Of a stretch of DNA of 64,000 bases, positions 55,800 to 64,000 are shown piece after piece. The notes under the pieces are model-generated. The model did not search any database. It was not told where the DNA came from and worked only from the letters and a program-made list of their open reading frames with translations. The translations under genes and the position numbers were made by a program. This DNA is from an uncultured Nitrososphaeraceae archaeon (GTDB lineage: Archaea; Thermoproteota; Nitrososphaeria; Nitrososphaerales; Nitrososphaeraceae): contig CAVXZB010000024.1 in the NCBI GenBank assembly GCA_963765895.1, positions 32,001 through 96,000 of the forward strand. The letters run 5' to 3'. Every line of letters begins with the position of its first letter. The first letter of the stretch is position 1.

Positions 55800-56780
55800 T
55801 TACTTCAAAATGAACTGATTTGAATCTGTTACATAGTCAGAGATAACTTTAGTTATACGAGCAACGGCATTATTGATTTCGCTACTATTTATAGTGCCTG
55901 TAAAAAATTCCGGCCTTCCTCCTCCTCTGGCCGTAGGTACCACCTCACGAAATAATTTTACACAATCAAATGGTAGAGACGAAGATCTGGCGAAGACAAT
56001 TCTCGCAAGATCCTGTTCATAAGTCTTCGACTTGTTAGCGATCATAACTATAGTATTCTTACATTTAATTTTTTGTGACGCGTACGAATTGATTTCTTTA
56101 TCTAGCAATCCTGAGAAAATTCCATTAATAATATAAATATGACTATTATTAGTTATCTCAGTATTCGGAATAAGGGTGTGAAGCTTTTCTTTTGTTAGAA
56201 ATTTCAGGTTTTCGAGATACATTTTATTCTCTTTCTTTAATTTTTTTATAGTGCTTTCGATTGTATTTTCATTTGCTCCTAGTTCACTGCTAATTTTAGC
56301 AAGTTTTAAGGACAATTTTAGTGCTGTATCTCTCGCCTCCATATCTACGACAAAATTTATTTCATATTCCTTGCCTATCTTTGAAACATTTGTTACCAAG
56401 AACAAACCACACTGATTCATATCTTTTGCATGTTCTCTTCTGCAAGCCGCAACGTCATGCCCTTCGACTTCAACAACTCTTATTAATTCATCTTCCCTTA
56501 ATCGTGATTCGTTTGCTCTAATCAATGGAAATTGCTTCTTTGCATCTGTCAATGACGAAAATGTGTATGTTAGGACTCTCCTTCCGTTTACAATTAGGAG
56601 GTTAACCTCAGATTGAGCCCTTGCAATTAACTGACTGTCTAGATAGTTAGCATCAATAAATACAATGCTATCTTTCTCCCTATGTTCTACTTTTCTTACA
56701 CTTAGCGTCACGCCAATTAGTTTCTGAAGAGACCCTACGAAAGCATGTTCGGCGGTATGAGCTAATTCAGTGTGCACCAT
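55800..56780 (-). CDS. AlaX-like tRNA trans-editing protein with DHHA1/C-Ala-like C-terminus
   Basis: HTAEH (HxxxH), ACRREH (CxxxH), C-terminal RGGGRP. Confidence 0.75.
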   Translation of the reverse strand: MVHTELAHTAEHAFVGSLQKLIGVTLSVRKVEHREKDSIVFIDANYLDSQLIARAQSEVNLLIVNGRRVLTYTFSSLTDAKKQFPLIRANESRLREDELIRVVEVEGHDVAACRREHAKDMNQCGLFLVTNVSKIGKEYEINFVVDMEARDTALKLSLKLAKISSELGANENTIESTIKKLKKENKMYLENLKFLTKEKLHTLIPNTEITNNSHIYIINGIFSGLLDKEINSYASQKIKCKNTIVMIANKSKTYEQDLARIVFARSSSLPFDCVKLFREVVPTARGGGRPEFFTGTINSSEINNAVARITKVISDYVTDSNQFILK

Positions 56781-58239
56781 TGTTCAAATAAGTCAAGTGA
56801 TATATATAGTAGACAGCACGGCACGTCATAATAAGCCCAAGGTTTCAATCTCTCTATTATCTGAAATTTGACTTTCCTTTCCAGCTTCGCTGACAGTTGG
56901 ATTATTCATAGAGGCTAGCTCATATTTCTATGAATTAATTGCTTGGGATTCTGAGTGGCTTGCTAACCATACAGATTTTGTGGTTGCAGCTAAAATTAAA
57001 AACTAATCCTTTAACTATTGTGTGTTAACTAATATTGTAATCTGACTACCTATAGACATACTCGTTTGAATCCTCTATGAGGCTCATATTGTTACTGTAA
57101 GAGTGAATGTTATATCATCCTGTGATAAGCTATCGATTCAGTTTGGTTGCAGATATTCCGATTATACACCTAAGCTCCGATTGATTTTAGACTTCAATTC
57201 GAGAATAAAACATTTTAGAACTAATATTACCATTTAAGCATCTTAAGCATTAGCAAGGCGGTTACCCAATAGTTTGAATCTCTGTCCTCGGGACCATATT
57301 AACATTAACGATGCTGTTGTGGTTTGAAAAATTATAATAAGTAGATATGTTCACGTTTCAGTCCGTGTTATATTGTACTTGTAGTTATGACATCTCCTTA
57401 AACATCATATTTGTAATATTTAGAGCTTCAATGTATGTCTTGATGGACTTACCTCTCTAATTGTGGTCGAGGTAATGAAATAAATGATATATTCTCTGCT
57501 CAGGAAGGTGGCGAATCGTATTCTAAGGACCTACCAGACTCTGAGATACAAAGGTATAATTCAGACCACTTTCCTGTGGAAGGTTGTTTCGATGAGATCG
57601 CTACTAAAATCCACAGATTCTATCTTGAGAGAGAGAAAAAGCCCACTTGATAGGAATCAAGCAGAAATAACATTAAACACCAACTTATGAGGACAATTTT
57701 TATCCAGCATAGGAATTTCTTTGCTGAACTAGATTTATGTAATTGTATAGATCGAGCTTTTTACTTAATTCTCGGCCCGGTCGCATAACTGTTGATAGAC
57801 TTTTTCAAATTATAACTAATTTATCTCAGCCGTAAGTCTTTCGTATTCAAGTTTGATCCTGTGAAGATAGTTCATCTTATGTTTTCAATAGATTGTGATG
57901 TATGAATCAGTATGCCTAGCGGGGTTCGTTAGGATTCTGTTCGTGCATGTAAAGGCGTTCAGTGGTTTTGCCTCTTTAGCTTTTCCAATATATCGTCGAA
58001 AAAACATATTTCTTAATTTTGTTTGGCCTTTCTATAATGATATTGCACTGCATAGATGCTGAATTCCGAACTGAAGTGAAAATAACTTTATTTCTCTCAG
58101 TATTGTTCTCAGCCGATAGTTACCATCATGAGAATAACTAAAAAGAGTAACCCTTTAATGCTTCTAGAAGAAATACATTATAACAATGGCTGAATCATCT
58201 GGTATTATAGTAGCGTACTGAATAAGAAAAACAGCAAAA

Positions 58240-59202
58240 ATAGTTTATGTAGTTACCTATTTGTAAGACGTATATCCCGGTATAAGACAATCATTATAAT
58301 TACAGGATTTTCTCTCTTGTTTAGTATTTTAGGTTTGAAAGGGATAGATGTGCATAGAGAAGTGTTAGCTCGCTACGTCTGATATCAATAGCGTGACTAA
58401 TGAGTCAAAGAGTATACAAAAAATAATTTCTTACTTATTACAAAAAAATCCTGGCAGAGAACCTTGAGAATCATATTCAAAAATCAGGAGCCATTTTAGA
58501 AGTAACAAGCAAACTGCCTCAGGTAAGAAATGTGCCTTATGTCCATTTTCTTAATCGAAGACCAAATACATCATATAGAATACCTCAATATGTAGATATA
58601 GAGAAGAGACAGGTAGATAAGAATATATTATCAGGCAACAGTGATTTTCAATTAGTTACTCTTACTATGCCTAATGGAGACCTATACTTCGAGGAGACAT
58701 ATTCGAGACAACAGATATCTACAATAACCAATCTTGGATTTCGAGACTACTTCAAGAGAGTAACTAGAGCAATTGATATTTATCAAGGAGTATTCTCCTT
58801 CTGCATACTCAGGCCAGATTCACTCTTTAATAGCGGTTCCTGTATATTCTGTAAAGGATAATTCCGCTATTGCTGGGTATGGGCTGGCGGTATTGATTTT
58901 GGTATTTTAGATAAAGAATTTCAATCGCTCAATATCACATCTTCATTGGATGGTATTAATACACGTGTTGTTTATCTAGGACACGATGGACAGAAAATAG
59001 CAGATTTTAATATAAATAAAAGACTCCAGGATCTTTTGTTACTCTAAATAGTTTTAAGAATGCTATAAATGGACGGTCTGGGTCAGCAATAGATACAGTA
59101 AATAATACAAATATGCTGGTAACGTATGAGTCAATTAAGGCATTTCATAATATTTGGGTTATTCTATCGGTGCGATCAATAGTACCACCATCGCTACATT
59201 GA
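58240..59202 (+). pseudogene. Degenerate exported Cache-domain protein (start approximate)
   Basis: Fragments in several frames: hydrophobic N-terminus, LAENLENHIQKSGAILEVTSKLPQV, MPNGDLYFEE..FRDYFK, WAGGIDF, RVVYLGHDGQKIAD, WVILS; internal stops. Confidence 0.65.
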
Positions 59203-59429
59203 TCAATCAACATTTTTCATTCCTTAATCATACTTTTCGAAATGCTAGTTGTTGTATATTTTGTGTAAAAATGAAATTTGTATATTTTGCAGCACAGACG
59301 CTCAGATTAACTTAATCTAGCCTAAATATCTACTTAACTCATACTTTCCTAACCAGGTGTAGTCACTATCAGAATTCTCTAAGAAACCTCAAAATTCATT
59401 ACACTTTTTACTTACAACATGTATGACTT

Positions 59430-59867
59430 ATGTTAATGACATCTGATTTGACTTGTGTGTTCTGTAAAATTATCAAAGGCCAAATTCCCGCAAGAATCCT
59501 AAATCAAGATGACCTTGCAGTTGCTATGCTAGATGCATTTCCGTTAGCCGGCGGACATACTTTAGTTGTTCCCAAAATTCATTATTCTAAGATTCAAGAC
59601 ATGGATCGTGATTCTTCAGTCTCAGTTTTTTCATTGGTTAGAAAAATATCTGCAGCCCTCGAGAAGGCTGTCAATGTAAATTCAGCCACTATTGCTATTC
59701 ATAATGGTAAAGATGCTGGGCAAGAGATACCACATCTCCATGTTCACATCATACCAAGGACTAAGGAAGACGGGGCCGGACCTGTCCATTCAATGTTTGA
59801 AAACAGACCAAAATTAAATACTGAACAATTTGATTTAATATATAGGAATATTAAAAATGAACTATAA
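59430..59867 (+). CDS. HIT family nucleotide hydrolase
   Basis: CVFCKI, GHTLVVPK, HLHVHIIPR. Confidence 0.93.
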   Translation: MLMTSDLTCVFCKIIKGQIPARILNQDDLAVAMLDAFPLAGGHTLVVPKIHYSKIQDMDRDSSVSVFSLVRKISAALEKAVNVNSATIAIHNGKDAGQEIPHLHVHIIPRTKEDGAGPVHSMFENRPKLNTEQFDLIYRNIKNEL

Positions 59868-60011
59868 CAGATTTTGATCGTGTTTGTAATATAAATAAAT
59901 GAAATTTAACAAACAATCTGGTCTGACAATCGCTATCAACTCGCGAGTCATTTCCAGACCAATGATAACTTAGGGCCTTCAAACAGCAGGAGCCTTATGA
60001 GCCAAGTTAGC

Positions 60012-60317
60012 TCACTTGCCAGACACCTTCTCGCTCTCGAATCCAAAATAACAGGAATGGCACATGTCCTTACCATAAATTATACCTCTATTTCCGCATT
60101 TGCTGCAAAGTTTGTCCTGATCTATGGTTGAGTCTAATGACTTGGCCTTCTGAAGACATTTACCACAGATTGGTGCTTCCAAGTTAAAGCTAGACAGAAA
60201 ACCTGACCCGCATTGGAAACACTTCAAACTATACATCTGACCCTTAGGTTTCCAACGCCTAAATATATTTATCATCCTATCTATCAGAATCCCACTTTTT
60301 TCATTTTTGAACCACAT
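60012..60317 (-). CDS. Small multi-CxxC Zn-finger protein
   Basis: CFQC, CGKC, CSKC, CHSC; true start probably downstream of 60317. Confidence 0.65.
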   Translation of the reverse strand: MWFKNEKSGILIDRMINIFRRWKPKGQMYSLKCFQCGSGFLSSFNLEAPICGKCLQKAKSLDSTIDQDKLCSKCGNRGIIYGKDMCHSCYFGFESEKVSGK

Positions 60318-60619
60318 TTAGGACATTCTATGTCTTTGTGTTGAGTCCCACAACTCATACAATAATACTTTAAAGAGTCATTCTGCGTTATCTCTGAATC
60401 TAGGATTCCTAGTTTCCCGTAGCCTTCCATATTCATTTTTTGCATAACTCTCCTCCTCATGTAAAGGTTTAGAACTATGAATACGCCTATAATGGTCACT
60501 AATGAAACGGGAAAAGGAAGAAGAATCGAAATTGTAATGCTAATTCCTAAGGATATTCCTAGCCAGAGCAACTGATTAGCCAGAAACTGTTTATTATTGT
60601 ATCCGTCGCCCATTTTCAA
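60284..60619 (-). CDS. Two-TM membrane protein with C-terminal Zn ribbon
   Basis: Hydrophobic hairpin; YYCMSCG...CPKCG. Confidence 0.75.
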   Translation of the reverse strand: MKMGDGYNNKQFLANQLLWLGISLGISITISILLPFPVSLVTIIGVFIVLNLYMRRRVMQKMNMEGYGKLGILDSEITQNDSLKYYCMSCGTQHKDIECPKCGSKMKKVGF

Positions 60620-60703
60620 TATTTCCTACACCTGTTGTTATGCTTCTGAAAGTGCAATAAACCTCTCATAAGTATATAGGATAAGGCAATTAATAAATTT
60701 AAC

Positions 60704-60717
60704 TGACCAATCGGTCA
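60704..60717. promoter_or_regulatory. Inverted repeat TGACC-N4-GGTCA, candidate operator
   Basis: Perfect 5-4-5 IR next to an AT-rich promoter-like element upstream of the 60619 gene. Confidence 0.35.
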
Positions 60718-61031
60718 TTTTGAGTTCATCTCATTTTTTGTTAATAATGATCCCACTAATGATCCTCGGAAGTTTGAATCTTGATCCAATTCGAACAGGC
60801 TGCTAAAATATTTGGCTAGAGAATATTCAAACCGTGTTCATATCCAAAAAATATAATAGGCCTGCTCAATTGCAGAATGCAGCTCTCTGCAGATTATATG
60901 CTATAAGAATTCCTATTTCTCCTACCTATCTATATAAAATATTCTAAATTCCAAAATTTATTTGCAATAGCTAGCCTAAGTACCATCATTAATAATATAT
61001 ATACTGACTTGTCTATTTGTAATAGAGCAAA

Positions 61032-61394
61032 TTGGCAACAAATTGTACTATATGCGGCTCGAGATTTGGTAATATTACTTGTGGCTACTGTACTAATTCA
61101 GTATGTTCTTCTTGCCTAGTTCAAGATAAAACCAAATGTATAAAATGCAGTAGAGTAAGAAAACCGCCGTATAAGTTCCTTAAACGTAACCTGCCGTTCA
61201 TTTTGCTTTTTGCTGCTCTCTGGTTTTTTACTTCGGGATTCTACCCGTTCCCATTTTACCTCGCAGTCGGAAAACATATAGACATGACAATCATGCAGCC
61301 AATCTTGATTGCAACAACATTAATGGCAATTCCCTTTGTATTTCTGATGGTAGCATGGAAGAAAAAACCTCCTACCTCGACGTCTGGAAGATGA
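61032..61394 (+). CDS. N-terminal Cys-rich Zn finger plus 2 TM helices
   Basis: CTIC, CGYC, CSSC, CIKC followed by two hydrophobic segments. Confidence 0.75.
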   Translation: MATNCTICGSRFGNITCGYCTNSVCSSCLVQDKTKCIKCSRVRKPPYKFLKRNLPFILLFAALWFFTSGFYPFPFYLAVGKHIDMTIMQPILIATTLMAIPFVFLMVAWKKKPPTSTSGR

Positions 61395-61751
61395 TGAATG
61401 ATAAAAACATACTCTGAATCTTTATCAATTCAAAGCATCTAATAATCGGTGCAAGTACAAATCTGAATAAATCTCAGCCAACTCAATTTTGGGCTTCCTA
61501 AAAAAGATCTATCAGAATGGCCATGATTTATTGGTATAAATCACGGAGGCAACGATTTGTTATTATTAGTTTCGACGTGTGAGAGATCGATTATAATAAT
61601 TGTAGTAATTGATGTGAACCTCGACCTAAACGGAATTTTCGATACCTATTATACAGCAAACGTAAACTTCTCGATCATAATTAATACATATTGATAGTAA
61701 CGGAGCATTGAATCGACGTAATCAATAGCAAGAATTGTTTACTCTAAGATT

Positions 61752-61979
61752 TCATAGCCATTGTTCTCTGTCTACTTTTCTTTTTTTTGGACCATTTACT
61801 AACTTTAGTGCTTCGTGAACAATGATCTTTGCGACATGAACTTCTATACCTAACAGTTTAGAAATTTCGCCTGGAGAATACTTAATAATTGATCTTGCAG
61901 TAGTAAAGCCAGAATTAGTGAGAAGATCTTTCAAACCCTCGGCTATCCCTAATTGCTGGACGCCGGCCTCATCAGCCAT
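61752..61979 (-). CDS. Small helix-hairpin-helix protein (RadA N-terminal-like)
   Basis: LGIAEGLKDLLTNSGFTT...ISKLLGIEVHVAKII. Confidence 0.65.
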   Translation of the reverse strand: MADEAGVQQLGIAEGLKDLLTNSGFTTARSIIKYSPGEISKLLGIEVHVAKIIVHEALKLVNGPKKRKVDREQWL

Positions 61980-62023
61980 TGCTAGACAACGTTAGAACTA
62001 CGTACTATATATTAATTTTATGA

Positions 62024-62048
62024 TCATAAGAACGTGATAATCTTATGA
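62024..62048. promoter_or_regulatory. 8-9-8 perfect inverted repeat upstream of the HhH gene
   Basis: TCATAAGA-ACGTGATAA-TCTTATGA. Confidence 0.4.
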
Positions 62049-62286
62049 CGTATTAGATTTTCGGCAATAAGCAGTAGGTCAACCTAACCTTGTTCGGAGT
62101 CGTGTTACTCTAAAAGGAATTGGTAACAGATGTTGTAAGCTAGAAAATATCCAAAAATACATCTGACTCTGTGGGCCGAGAGTTTTAACAGTCATATCTT
62201 ATGATTTCACTTTAGGATTAAATCAAATAAACTGACACTAACTTTCGTTATCGTGAAAATCTGATGACTTTAAACTGTCTTCTGTT

Positions 62287-63733
62287 CTACGACATTCCTA
62301 GAAATGAAAGAAATTTTTTTCCTAAATGCGGTCGCATAATCGAAGGTATTACTGAAATAAGCATTAGAATAGCAGAAATGAAAAATATGAGATGTAATGA
62401 GTCCATGAATTTGGGAACAAACATAAATCCTGTGGCGTCTATTGGCGTAGAAGATCCAGTAAAGATATTTTGAACTGTGTGTAATGGCATAACTTGAGTA
62501 AATATTAAGAATACCATACCAATACTGAATGCACTGCCAATCATAACCAATGTAGTGCTAATCGCAACGGCAACTCCCCTTCTATGAGAAGGAACCGAAC
62601 TCATAATTGTAGCACGATTTGGTGAGGCGAAGATTCCCATACCTGCTCCTACCAAGATTAGCGGAACTATAGAAGAAGAGTAAGATGTAGTTGGTCCGAT
62701 TCTAGTCAGCATAAGGAAACCTATTGCTGAGGCAAGAAGACCCAGAGGTATGAAGATTCTAGATTTTGATCTATCATATAACCATCCCGTTATAGGTGCA
62801 AAAATTGCTAGCGATACTGATACTGGTATCAAATAAATGCCTGCCTCGAGTGGACTAAGGTTCATTGATGATCCTTGGAGATAGAATGCCATAACCAAGG
62901 TGAATGCTCCTCTGGCCAGGGCGTTAAGAAATATGGCAAGGTTTCCGCCAGTAAAAAGCTTGATTCTAAATAATGAAAAATCAAACATAGGTCTTAATTC
63001 ATGTTTCTCAACAAAATAAAATATTATGAGTAAAATAAAACCCAATATGATTATAAAATAGTTTTCGATAGAATTGAATATTTGAAAAGAGGCAAACGTT
63101 ATTCCAATCAATAAAAAAAGTAGTCCTGATGCCAATGTGACGTTACCTTGCCAATCTACTTTCTCTCTTCTTATGGTTCCAGATTCGCGTAGTTTCAAAT
63201 AAGCCCATATAGTCGCAAACGCACCTATGGGTATATTTATCCAAAAAATTGATCGCCATCCTAAATATGAAGTCAAGAATCCTCCAAGAGTAAGTCCTAT
63301 CACAGAACCGATAACAATTGATACCTGATTGAGTCCCAAAGCTCTACCTCTTTCATTTTCTGGGAACGTATCTGTGAGTATTGCGGCACTATTGGAAAAT
63401 AGAAATGCTGCCCCTAAAGCCTGAACAATTCTAAATACGATCAATTGCTCACCGGTGTATGATATACTACATAATGCGGAGCCTACCGTAAAAAGTACGA
63501 AACCAACGTTATATAGCCTAACCCTTCCAAACATGTCTGCCAATCTACCGAAATTTAACAGTACCTGAAGCAGTCACAACCCAATATCCGAGAGCTATCC
63601 ACACCAATGTTATCAGCGAAGCATGTAGCATGGATGCTATGGTCGGTAGAGCTATGACAACAATATTTCTGTCTAGTGATGCCATGAGTGTGCCAATAGT
63701 TGTATTGCTAAGTGCAATCCACTTGTACTGCAA
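62287..63733 (-). CDS. MFS drug:H+ antiporter (DHA2/EmrB-like), +1 frameshift near 63565
   Basis: LDRNIVVIALP, G.LADMFGR, RIVQALG, GWRSIFWINIP; removing one G joins the two track ORFs. Confidence 0.9.
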
Positions 63734-64000
63734 GGTTTTAACTCTATTCTTTCGCTCGACAGATATCCCGCTTTGTCATTGTTGCTTTAACATTAATCCC
63801 CAAAATAATTGCCTGGCTTCCAATTATCAGATCTTTATGAAAGCTGCCGAAATAAACCATACAACACGGATTTACCTGTTTCCAGGCACATATATATTTT
63901 CTAGTCTCGCAGTCCTTTGTAACAAGTACCTTATGTCTGATTTAAACTATGCAATTAAGTCAAGAGATATGAATTAGACCCTGTTTGCTGTACCGAAGGA

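Noticed and set aside
61391-61440. Possible C/D box sRNA (ATGATGA...CTGA)
   Set aside because: The C box overlaps a stop codon and there is no terminal D box at the expected spacing; same for 46876-46915

Overview
AT-rich archaeal chromosome segment, most likely from a soil ammonia-oxidising archaeon (Nitrososphaeraceae, Thaumarchaeota). This assignment is inferred from the ADP-forming 3-hydroxypropionyl-CoA synthetase, urease and urea transporter, archaeal DnaG/RibK/aIF2-beta, grpE-dnaK-dnaJ and many small Cys-rich proteins. In order: a urease cluster (ureA-B-C, group II chaperonin, 131-aa ORF, ureE-F-G) with a urea transporter, an Lrp regulator and an orphan ParB; two divergent deoxyhypusine-synthase paralogues plus a GNAT; a decayed IS5-family element; a two-component pair; a housekeeping block (ribL, ribK, dnaG, tatA, gdhA, iscA, 3HP-CoA ligase, ferredoxin, coaD, trpS, pheST); a ycaO-tfuA pair; an orphan DNA methyltransferase; chaperones; preQ0 genes (queE, queD fusion, queC); purB; AlaX; and small Zn-finger and membrane proteins. 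Best candidate for an undescribed system: ycaO-tfuA (thioamide-forming) transcribed divergently from a 58-aa ORF missed by the ORF track (36303..36479, minus strand) that looks like an NHLP-clan RiPP leader, in a non-methanogen context. Also notable: a chaperonin embedded in the urease operon and an 18-bp palindrome shared upstream of ureA and the urea transporter. At least 8 single-base insertions break genes, some essential, which points to long-read consensus errors rather than real pseudogenes. All family calls come from motif recognition by eye; no database search was run.
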